Assembly: GCA_963771275.1 (NCBI GenBank)
Contig: CAVYSW010000010.1
Location: 352,001-416,000, forward strand
DNA: 64,000 nucleotides
Source: an uncultured Gemmatimonadales bacterium
GTDB lineage: Bacteria > Gemmatimonadota > Gemmatimonadetes > Gemmatimonadales > GWC2-71-9
Reading direction: 5' to 3'
Shown here: positions 27,467 through 35,793 of the stretch, one piece after another
Numbering within the stretch: the stretch's first letter is position 1
Layout of the letters: every line of letters starts with the position of its first letter
Notes under the pieces: generated by a model
The model's database searches: none
Seen by the model: the letters and a program-made list of their open reading frames with translations, nothing else
Told to the model about the DNA's origin: nothing
Position numbers and translations under genes: made by a program

Positions 27467-27943
27467 ATGCGGGCCCTGGATTCTCCATCCACAAGCCGCA
27501 TCGTCGCCGCGATGGTCTTGCTGATGTCGGCCGGCGGCGCCTGCGCCACGAACGCCTATCAGAGATCGGGAACGCTTTGGCGGGCGGACGTGGGGGTGTA
27601 CGCGACGGCAACGACGTTCCTGACGACGCGTGGCTACACGTCGCTCCGCAAGCCGACGATCGGCCCCGTGGCGGTGCTGGAGCGAATCGAGGATGGGGGA
27701 GTTGACCGACTGTCGGTGTTCGAGCAGTATCGCACCATCGGACAGGGCACGCCAGACGCCCTGGGCGAGCGGCCCAGGTGGGTCACCGTCCGGGTGGCGG
27801 CCGCAACCTACCGGCCGGATGCCACTGGGAAGCTCCGCAAGGTGACCGCGTCGTCGCTGGTGCGGGCGCATGCCGATTCGCTGATGACGCTGCTTACGGG
27901 CCGTGCCGAAGGGGCGCGCGAACCGTCGCCAAGCCGGCATTGA
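27467..27943 (+). CDS. Putative lipoprotein, hypothetical
   Basis: Hydrophobic stretch ending in AGGAC; start codon uncertain. Confidence 0.5.
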   Translation: MRALDSPSTSRIVAAMVLLMSAGGACATNAYQRSGTLWRADVGVYATATTFLTTRGYTSLRKPTIGPVAVLERIEDGGVDRLSVFEQYRTIGQGTPDALGERPRWVTVRVAAATYRPDATGKLRKVTASSLVRAHADSLMTLLTGRAEGAREPSPSRH

Positions 27944-27982
27944 GAGGCGTCGGGCGCCGGACGCCGGGATCCCTGCAGGGAG

Positions 27983-28396
27983 ATGCTCATGGCGCGGTGG
28001 CTGTCTTTGTCACTCATCCTCTGGGTTGTCGCGGCTTGCGCGGACGGGATCGTCGCGCCGCACGGTACGTATCATCTGGTGATGCTGAACGATCAGGGGC
28101 TGCCCTATGATGACACGCCGGGCTGCTGCATCTACGTGTCGGGCAGCCTGGATCTCGAGGCGACGCAGTACGACGTGGCGATCACGCTGCGCAACAAGAA
28201 CAACGGCAGCGAGGCCACCGTGAGGGAGCAGGGTTCGTTCGCGGTCGACGGGGCCGCGATCGATTTTCAGCCAACCGGCGGTGATGTGGCGATGCATCTC
28301 TACGGCGCGATGGTCGATGGGAACACCATCAGCCTCGCCTTGGGGGGTGACGGACCGGGCGCGGCGGATCAGTTCAGCGCGGTATTCCAGAAGTAG
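27983..28396 (+). CDS. Putative lipoprotein with lipocalin-like beta domain
   Basis: GGGAG RBS; lipobox VAAC; GTYHLV..N..GLP; beta-rich. Confidence 0.7.
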   Translation: MLMARWLSLSLILWVVAACADGIVAPHGTYHLVMLNDQGLPYDDTPGCCIYVSGSLDLEATQYDVAITLRNKNNGSEATVREQGSFAVDGAAIDFQPTGGDVAMHLYGAMVDGNTISLALGGDGPGAADQFSAVFQK

Positions 28397-28457
28397 GCCG
28401 GCCATGCGCGCGCGCCGCACCGGCGCGCACGCCGACGCGAGGCGCGAGGCTGCCTCC

Positions 28458-29075
28458 ATGATCCTGGGTTCCTATAACACCGCCTGTCTCGTCACCCTGA
28501 CGGGGTTCCTGGCAGCCATCGGTGCCATCGTGCTGTCCTCGGCGGGTGAGATCGAGCTGGCCCTGGTGGGCCTGATCCTCGCCGGCCTCGCGGATCTGTT
28601 CGACGGGGTCGTGGCCCGGAGGCTCGAGCGGAGCGCCTATGAGAAGGAATACGGGGTGCAGCTCGACACGGTGGTGGACGTGGTGGCGTTCGTCGTCACG
28701 CCGTTCGTCATCGCCCTGAACGCCGGTCTGCGATCGCCGGTGGGCCTGCTGGCGATGGCGGTGTTCGTGGTGGGTGGGGCAGTCCGCCTGGCGCACTTCA
28801 ACACGCTGAGCGCCCAGGGCGCCGATCAGTCCAGGCACCACCGCGGCCTCCCGGTCACCTACGCGGCGCTCATCTTCCCCATCCTGTTCCTCCTGCGGGA
28901 CGTCCTGGCGGTGACGGGCTTCCGGATCGTGCTTGGCACGGCGTTCCCGATAGTCGGCGCGCTGTTCGTGATGGACCGCCCGATCAGAAAGCCGCGCGGC
29001 GTGTTCTACAGGCTGTTCCCGGTGGTGGGCGTGCTGCTGATCGCCTACTGGACCTGGCGCGCCTTCGCCGCCTGA
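28458..29075 (+). CDS. CDP-alcohol phosphatidyltransferase (PssA-like)
   Basis: DLFDGVVARR...YGVQLDTVVD; RLAHFN; GLP. Confidence 0.88.
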   Translation: MILGSYNTACLVTLTGFLAAIGAIVLSSAGEIELALVGLILAGLADLFDGVVARRLERSAYEKEYGVQLDTVVDVVAFVVTPFVIALNAGLRSPVGLLAMAVFVVGGAVRLAHFNTLSAQGADQSRHHRGLPVTYAALIFPILFLLRDVLAVTGFRIVLGTAFPIVGALFVMDRPIRKPRGVFYRLFPVVGVLLIAYWTWRAFAA

Positions 29076-29105
29076 TCGCGCCCCGCCGAGCTCGCAGCGC
29101 GATCA
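29073..29105. terminator. Hairpin at the end of the CDP-alcohol transferase gene
   Basis: 9-bp stem TGATCGCGC / GCGCGATCA. Confidence 0.4.
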
Positions 29106-29738
29106 AGTGTCCTCCGTCTGCGCGTTCGCGGCGGTCTCGGAGGTGAAGCCGTGACCGGAGCCGCCCGCGCTCACCACCCGAGCAGCCGATCGATCCCCAG
29201 CAGCAGGCTGGGAGCCGCGCAGCAGGCGAAGCCGTTGACGTAGAGACGCCGGGCCGCGGCGAACCACGCGGCGACGACCACCAGCACTCGGCCGACCATC
29301 AGCGGTCCTCCGCGCGTCGCACGCTCTGGGCGCGCCCTCGACGGCTACGCGCGAATGGCGGGCCGTGACACGGCGCTCGGCGCGGTCGGGAGAGTGGGGT
29401 GTTGGTGCTGGTTGCGGATCGGGTCGTCACGGTCGCTCCTAGTAGCGCATCCGTGACCAGGTTGCGGCCGGGGCGTCAAGCGGGCGTCAAGCCCCCAGCC
29501 GACGCTGCTGGCTCAATCAGTGCTGTCGAGCCATGCGGCGCGTGATAGGGAACTCTCAGGCGCCACCCGGTCGATCGACCCGCCTGACGCATTACATCAT
29601 ATGTATGGTTATAAATTATTGTACGACAACAATATACAGATTACGCTTCAGACGACGGTCGAGCATCGAGTCCCGGAATCAGGCGGGGCCGCCGATGCTG
29701 CGCGGCGGCCCCGCCTCCGGCCATGGGAATGGGTGCGC

Positions 29739-30488
29739 TCACAGCACCCGGGAACGCACCCGGAAATCCACGTTGTCCCTCACCCAGACCCACAGGGCAT
29801 CCTGGTCATCGAGCGGACTGCCGGGCGTCAGCTGCTGGCGCCAGCCCTCCATGACCTCGCCGGCCACGGTCCACAGGCGCACCCGGTTGCGGGGCACGCC
29901 CCGCTCCCAGCCCACCGCGACGGTGGGGGTGGGGTAGAGCAGGCGTACCGTCACGCTGCGCGAGATGTACTCCAGCGGGTCGAAGCTCAGCTTCGCGTAC
30001 GGCGCGAGGCTGTCAGGGTGCAGGTTGGGCGCCGGATCCGGTACGCCGTCGCTGAGGACGACGACGTCGAGCGGTGCCAGCACGAGGTTCTGGCGCTTGA
30101 CCAGCGTCGCCACCCGGTCGAAGAACGCGTTGAAGTCGGTGAGGGCGTCTTCCGGCGGGAACCAGTTGCGCAGCTCTTGCGCGATTTCCGCCGCCGACTT
30201 GTTCATGAGGTCGTGGATCGGGTGAAACGCCTTGACCTCGCCAGGCCGCGTCCCACCGACCGACCCCACGAACACGGCGGTCGGCACGCGCAGGCCCCCG
30301 AGGCCGTGCAGGTGCCCGTACAGGTACGCGGCGGCGAACTCCACGGCGTCGTCGTAGTGGGCGCGTCGGAACGAGCCGCTCACGTCGAGCCCGACCACCA
30401 GCGTGTTCTTGGGCGGCGCCGACGATTGGGTCGGCGCGCAGGCGGCCACCGCCAGCGCGGCCGCCGCCAGCAGCGCGCGGCGCGTCAT
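29739..30488 (-). CDS. VWA/MIDAS-domain lipoprotein
   Basis: MTRRALL...AVAAC lipobox; DVSGS, LTDF, LSDG; ATGA overlap with the upstream gene. Confidence 0.8.
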   Translation of the reverse strand: MTRRALLAAAALAVAACAPTQSSAPPKNTLVVGLDVSGSFRRAHYDDAVEFAAAYLYGHLHGLGGLRVPTAVFVGSVGGTRPGEVKAFHPIHDLMNKSAAEIAQELRNWFPPEDALTDFNAFFDRVATLVKRQNLVLAPLDVVVLSDGVPDPAPNLHPDSLAPYAKLSFDPLEYISRSVTVRLLYPTPTVAVGWERGVPRNRVRLWTVAGEVMEGWRQQLTPGSPLDDQDALWVWVRDNVDFRVRSRVL

Positions 30489-31750
30489 GAGGCCACCCCC
30501 GCCGGGGTCGGCGCGCTCTTCGTCTTGGTGCGGCGCGTCAGGCGGTCACCGTTGCCGAATGCGACGACCTCGAGCACGTCGTCCAGCTCGCGGAACGGCA
30601 GCGCGAACACCGGATCCGCCCGGAAGATCACCACCGAGAAGTTGACTGCGGCGGCGAGCAGCTGGAGAACCGGCAGGCTCAGCAGCTGGAAGAGGTACGT
30701 CCCCTCGCGTTTGAACCAGGCGCTCTCCTCCTGGAAAGCGCGGACGGCGTCCCGGAACACGCTGGTCTCGGCAGCCGGCGGAAGGGGGACGGAGTCCCCG
30801 TTCTGGGTGAGCGTCTCGCGCGACAGGACGGCGAGGAGCGCCGGCGTGCCGTAGCGGCCGAACAAGAACCAGGTCATGCCGCGGATGCCAATCCAGCCGA
30901 ACGCCGCGAGACTCAGGGTCGACGCCAGGCCCAGCCGCAGGTCGCCGCCCGTCTGCTGGGCGATCCACGGCGTGATGGCGTCGATCAGCTCGCGGTACAG
31001 AAACACCACTTCGAAGAACATCACGAACACTTCGACGAACGCCATCTGGACGATCTGGCCGACGTTGCGCTGCTCGATGGCCAGCGCCAGCATCCGCACG
31101 CACGCGAAGCTGCCCGCGATCAGCACGAACAGCAGCACCCACAGCACCGGCGTGACGATGGCGCGATTGGGCTCGAACCCCGTGATGTTCGCCAGCACCT
31201 CGTTCAGCGTGGGCTGCAGCGTGTAGGTGAAGATCACGGCCTCGAGCGCCGACCAGGCGAGGACCAGCAGGAACGCGATCCACGGCATGCCGGGCTTGAA
31301 GTAGTGACGCGACGTCCAGTCCAGCAGCCTGAATGGCGAGTTGAACAGCGTCGTAATCGTGCGGGTGGCGAGCCGCCACGCCAACGTGAGGCCGTTCCAC
31401 ACCCATCCGATCAGCACGACGAGCATGCGCACCTCGCCGGCCCAGAAGAACCAGACGCTGCGCCCCGCGTCCCACCAGGACAGCATGATCGTCGTCGCGA
31501 ACCGTCCGCGGTTGGAGCGGAACGGCACCGTGTACAACGCGGCCATGGTGATCCATACGCCGGTGATCGCGAGCAGCGCGGGGAGCAGCAGGAACACCTG
31601 GCGGAGCACCGTGTCGAGCCCCGCGTTCCCCGTGAGCGACAGCGCGAGCACCTTGCTTTGCCAGGCCGGGATCCACCAGAGGGGAGCCCCGAGGAACTCG
31701 ACCGTGCGACGCCACTCGAGCGGCAGGTACGACTGAATCGTCTCAAACAT
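30485..31750 (-). CDS. Uncharacterised polytopic membrane protein
   Basis: Purine-rich RBS before MFETIQ; about 7-8 hydrophobic helices, several containing Glu. Confidence 0.8.
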   Translation of the reverse strand: MFETIQSYLPLEWRRTVEFLGAPLWWIPAWQSKVLALSLTGNAGLDTVLRQVFLLLPALLAITGVWITMAALYTVPFRSNRGRFATTIMLSWWDAGRSVWFFWAGEVRMLVVLIGWVWNGLTLAWRLATRTITTLFNSPFRLLDWTSRHYFKPGMPWIAFLLVLAWSALEAVIFTYTLQPTLNEVLANITGFEPNRAIVTPVLWVLLFVLIAGSFACVRMLALAIEQRNVGQIVQMAFVEVFVMFFEVVFLYRELIDAITPWIAQQTGGDLRLGLASTLSLAAFGWIGIRGMTWFLFGRYGTPALLAVLSRETLTQNGDSVPLPPAAETSVFRDAVRAFQEESAWFKREGTYLFQLLSLPVLQLLAAAVNFSVVIFRADPVFALPFRELDDVLEVVAFGNGDRLTRRTKTKSAPTPAGVAS

Positions 31751-31992
31751 CGACCCCCCTTTGCCAGGAGCGGACGGAAAGGGCGGGGTCAACCTCGGCC
31801 CGGCCGGGCTGGCCGACCGTGCTGTAGCTCACATTGAGGGGAATGTGGCCGATTGACGACTTTGTGAAAACGGGTGCGCACGGGGGACCACCTCGGCGCA
31901 ACCCGCACGGCCTGACCCAGTGGACTGGCGGGACGGGTGACCGGCACCGCCGATGGCCCAGCGCTCGAGCCGGGCGATCAGATCGCCTGCGC

Positions 31993-33264
31993 TCAGTCGA
32001 CGACTTGGACGATCTTGAGACCGCCCAGCCCCGCGGCGATGACCAGGGTCTTGTCCCGGTAGGCGACGTGATTGACGGACTGCAGGCTGCCGAACTGCAG
32101 TCGGCCGAGCATCGTGATCTGCTGGGTCGTCTCGCCGCTCGTGTCCTTGAAGTCCCTGCTCCCCTGCGCGACGTAGATGCCCGCCTCACCGTTCGAGATG
32201 AAGAGCAGGTCTTCGTCGGCCGCGGCGGCATTCGTTACCACCACAGAGGGATCCAGGCCCAGCGCGGCGGGATCGGGCCGCGCCACGGACCCGACCACCA
32301 TCCCCGTGCTCAGGCTCAGCACCTGCACGCCGCCCGTGCCGGCGGCGATGAAGGCCTTTCCGCCTACCAGGTCGACGGTGGACTTGGACTCGGGAATGTC
32401 GGCGCCGGTGAACGGGAACGTCCCGACGGGAGCCAGCGTCGTTTCGTCGAACACGGCGATCCGTCCCGGCGTTCCCTGGGCCACGACGACCTTGCCCCCA
32501 TCCACGGCCACCCAGCGGGCGTCATGCAGGGCGAGCGTATCGACCGTGGCCTGCGGGTACACGTCGAACGCGAACAATGCCCCGCCGTCTCCCGACGTCG
32601 CGTACGCGCGCTGACGTGATACCACCACGCTGGTTCCCGCGTAACTCGTCAACGGCAGGCGCCAGGAGTCGTTCAATACCAGGTAGGGTCCCAGGAGCAA
32701 CATGACCTCGACCGCCGCCGGCGACGCGAACCCGCTGTCGCCGGTCGCCTCCGCCGCCACCACGAGCCCGCCGTACGTCGACACGGAGTTGACGTCGGTG
32801 TTGCGGAACAGGGCCTCCGAGCGCAGCACCGGCCGGTTCTTGTTGGAAATGTCGAACACGTCGATGGCCCCGAGGTACGGCTCCCCGCGCATGTTGTAGC
32901 TCACCACAGCCTTGTCTCCCACGATCGCGACGGACGTGGCCTGGAGGACCTGGCCGTCGATCGAGGGGGGGGCGACCTCCGCCCGGAGCATGAGCTTGAA
33001 GGCGCCGGCGACGCCCGCGGGTGACTGGACGCTCAGCGACGGACCCGACGCAGCGAGGGTCGGGTAGCCCACGCCACTGCTGACGATGGGAACGGGAACG
33101 TCGGTCGCGTAATATGTCACGCGAGCGGCGAGCGCCGCCGCGTCGTTGACGATCGCGATGCGGTCGTTTGACTGATCCGCAGGCGGGGCCATCGCGTCCC
33201 CGCAGCCGGCATGGACAAGTGCAAGCATACCGGCAAACGGCAAGAGCATCCTGGTACGGGTCAT
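31993..33264 (-). CDS. Lipoprotein with LVIVD-like beta-propeller repeats
   Basis: Lipobox HAGC; AIDVFDISNKNRP, AFIAAGTGGVQVL, LFISNGEAGIYV, IAAGLGGLKIV. Confidence 0.75.
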   Translation of the reverse strand: MTRTRMLLPFAGMLALVHAGCGDAMAPPADQSNDRIAIVNDAAALAARVTYYATDVPVPIVSSGVGYPTLAASGPSLSVQSPAGVAGAFKLMLRAEVAPPSIDGQVLQATSVAIVGDKAVVSYNMRGEPYLGAIDVFDISNKNRPVLRSEALFRNTDVNSVSTYGGLVVAAEATGDSGFASPAAVEVMLLLGPYLVLNDSWRLPLTSYAGTSVVVSRQRAYATSGDGGALFAFDVYPQATVDTLALHDARWVAVDGGKVVVAQGTPGRIAVFDETTLAPVGTFPFTGADIPESKSTVDLVGGKAFIAAGTGGVQVLSLSTGMVVGSVARPDPAALGLDPSVVVTNAAAADEDLLFISNGEAGIYVAQGSRDFKDTSGETTQQITMLGRLQFGSLQSVNHVAYRDKTLVIAAGLGGLKIVQVVD

Positions 33265-33460
33265 GACTGCACTCCCCCCACAGTCGGCTCCATTGGCCTC
33301 ACTTCAGCGCTGCCAGGGATTCTCCACCCGTGACATTCAGCAAGAGCCAAGCCCGTTGCTCGCCGTTGTGACCTTGGTCACGCACGCTGGCGAGGTGGCG
33401 GCCGACGTCTGGGCCGGCATGCGTACCGAACCGGTGGGAGGGGCCTGCAAGGGGAGCGCA

Positions 33461-34672
33461 TCATGCCGGGCGCGAACCCAGGCGGTTGGACAACCCTCCC
33501 GCCATCTCCGCGCTCGCCCGTCGCGCCGTCTCCGCGAGCACCGCCGCGCCGACGACGATCGCCCCGCCGTCCGGCAGGAAGCGGGACGTGTGGGCGGGAA
33601 TCGGCTCCTGGTCCGGGGCCCGGGCGCCGATCCGGACGAAGCAGCCGGGAATCCTCTCCATATAGAAGGCGAAATCCTCTCCGCCGAGATTGGGGGAGGG
33701 GAGCGGGGTGAGGGCGTCCGGCCCCAGCAGCTCGGTCACCGCCGCGCGGGCCCAGGCGATCGGCGCCGGCTCATTCACCAGGGGTGGCGTGCCGGCCTCG
33801 ATCGTGACGTCGGCCCGGACCCCGTGCGCCCGCGCGACCGATGCGGCGATCGCGCGGAGCTCGCGCTGCAGCGCCGTCCGCGTCTCGGGCCGGACGGCCC
33901 GCAGCGTCCCGCCGAGGGTCGCCCGCTCGGGAATCACGTTGCCGGCTGTGCCGGCGTGGATCGTCCCCACGGTGACGACCGCGGGCTCGCCCGGCGGCAG
34001 CCGCCGCGCCACGATCGTCTGGAGCGTGGCGACGATCGCCGCCGCGGCGACGATCGGGTCGCGCGCCTCGTGCGGCCGCGCGGCATGCGCGCCGTGCCCC
34101 ACGATCTCGATCGCGAACTGGTCGGTGGAGGCCGCGATCGGGCCGGCGTCCGCCACGACCCGCCCCACCGCGAACCGCATGTCCACGTGCCCACCCACGA
34201 TCGCGCGCACGCCGTCGAGCGCCCCGCTCTCGAGTACGGCGAGCGCGCCGCGCCCGATCTCCTCCGCCGGCTGCAGCACGATGAGCACGTCGCCGGCGGC
34301 CGGGGCCGCCGCGAGGAGCTGAGCCGCTCCCACCGCCCACGCGGCGTGGACGTCGTGCCCGCACGCGTGCATCACGCCCGCCGTGTCGGAGGCGAACGAC
34401 ACGCCGGTCGCCTCCGCGATCGGCAGCGCGTCGATGTCGCCCCGCAGGGCCACGGTGGGGGCCCCGCGGTCGCGGCCCGGCACCCGCGCCACGACGCCGG
34501 TCCCCGCCACGCGACGCACGTCGGGGGTCACGGCCCGCAGGGCCTGCTCGAGGCGGGCCGCGGTGCGCTCCTCCTGAAACGCCAGCTCGGGATGGCGGTG
34601 CAGGTCCTGCCGCAGCGCCAGCAGGGTCGCGCGCTGCTCCGCCGTGAACAGCCGCTCCGCCGGGTCGCTCAT
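33461..34672 (-). CDS. M20D amidohydrolase
   Basis: LHRHPELAFQE, LRGDIDALP, MHACGHD, QPAEE, GEDF. Confidence 0.92.
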   Translation of the reverse strand: MSDPAERLFTAEQRATLLALRQDLHRHPELAFQEERTAARLEQALRAVTPDVRRVAGTGVVARVPGRDRGAPTVALRGDIDALPIAEATGVSFASDTAGVMHACGHDVHAAWAVGAAQLLAAAPAAGDVLIVLQPAEEIGRGALAVLESGALDGVRAIVGGHVDMRFAVGRVVADAGPIAASTDQFAIEIVGHGAHAARPHEARDPIVAAAAIVATLQTIVARRLPPGEPAVVTVGTIHAGTAGNVIPERATLGGTLRAVRPETRTALQRELRAIAASVARAHGVRADVTIEAGTPPLVNEPAPIAWARAAVTELLGPDALTPLPSPNLGGEDFAFYMERIPGCFVRIGARAPDQEPIPAHTSRFLPDGGAIVVGAAVLAETARRASAEMAGGLSNRLGSRPA

Positions 34673-35793
34673 GCGTCGATCTCCTCGACCCGGGTCGTCA
34701 GGTCGTCCACGCGGTCGCGGTCCACCGTGACGCCAAGCCCCACGCGGCTCCGCGGCACGGACACCAGGCCGTCGGCGCTCATCGTCCATTCCGGCGTCAC
34801 GATGTCGCGTTCCCAGTAGCGCGCGCTCGGGCTCAGATCGCCCGCCAGCGAGAAGTTGGTGAGCGAGGCGAGCGCCACGTTGTGCGCCCGCCCGATGCCG
34901 CTCTCGAGCATGCCGCCGCACCATACCGGAATGCCGTGCGCGGCGCATACGTCGTGGATCTCCCGGGCCGCGAGGAAGCCGCCGACCCGCCCCGGCTTGA
35001 TGTTCACGATGCGGGCGCTGCCCCACGCCACCGCGTCCTCCGCCCGGGCCGGCGACGTGATCGACTCGTCGAGGCAGATCGGCGTCCGCAGGCGGCGCTG
35101 CAGCTCGGCGTGCCGCCGGAGGTCGTCCGGCTCGAACGGCTGCTCGATCATCACCAGTCCGAACGCGTCGAGCCGCGCCAGATGATCGGTGTCGGCGGGC
35201 GCGTAGGCGGCGTTCGCGTCCACCGACAGCGGCAGGTCGGCGCCCACCGTTTGCCGCACGGCGGCCACGTATTCGACGTCGGCGCCCGGCATGATCTTGA
35301 GCTTGACGCGGCGGTACCCCTGGTTCCGCGCCGCCACGGCTTTCGCCGCGAGCGCCGCGGGCGAGGGCTGGATGCCGAGCGAGATGCCGACCGGAATCTC
35401 GCCGCGCGCGCCGCCCAGCAGCGTCGCGAGCGACAGATCCCGCTGCTCGGCCTCGAGCGCCCACATCGGCATCTCGATCGCCGCCTTTGCCATGCGATGG
35501 CCGCGCACGCCGGGCTCGAGCGCCGCGCGCACCTCCGCGGCGGTCGCGAACGGCCGGTGCAGCACCACCGGGGCGAGCCAGCAGCGGATGGCGAGCCGGC
35601 AGGTCTCGATCGTCTCGGGTGAGTAGTTCGGCGCGTCGTCGGCCACGCACTCGCCCCACGCCGTGGTGCCGTCGGCGTCGTGCAGCTCGACCAGCAGGAT
35701 GTGCCGATCGGTGGTCACCCCGGACGAGATGCGGAACGGCTCCGTGAGCGGGAGCCGGATATCCCTGAGCGTGACGCGGCGGACGGCGAGCAT
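34669..35793 (-). CDS. menC: o-Succinylbenzoate synthase / N-succinylamino acid racemase (NSAR/OSBS)
   Basis: KLK, VDANAAY, IEQP, CLDESI, NIKPGRVGG, WCGGMLESGIGRAHN, GDLS.S.RYW. Confidence 0.92.
   Translation of the reverse strand: MLAVRRVTLRDIRLPLTEPFRISSGVTTDRHILLVELHDADGTTAWGECVADDAPNYSPETIETCRLAIRCWLAPVVLHRPFATAAEVRAALEPGVRGHRMAKAAIEMPMWALEAEQRDLSLATLLGGARGEIPVGISLGIQPSPAALAAKAVAARNQGYRRVKLKIMPGADVEYVAAVRQTVGADLPLSVDANAAYAPADTDHLARLDAFGLVMIEQPFEPDDLRRHAELQRRLRTPICLDESITSPARAEDAVAWGSARIVNIKPGRVGGFLAAREIHDVCAAHGIPVWCGGMLESGIGRAHNVALASLTNFSLAGDLSPSARYWERDIVTPEWTMSADGLVSVPRSRVGLGVTVDRDRVDDLTTRVEEIDA

Noticed and set aside
29549..29562. GAACTCTCAGGC, resembling a glycine riboswitch fragment
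   Set aside because: The upstream GGAGA and CCGAAG elements are missing and no glycine-related gene follows
29585..29616. Possible dif site in the AT-rich patch
   Set aside because: Poor match to the XerC/XerD arms with 6-bp spacing
31910..31990. GTCAGGC on the minus strand downstream of the propeller gene as a fourth attC-like site
   Set aside because: No convincing left box or stem, and the 7-mer is expected by chance at this GC content
34669..35793. Menaquinone biosynthesis cluster
   Set aside because: No other men genes are present; the GNAT and M20 neighbours point to the NSAR pathway
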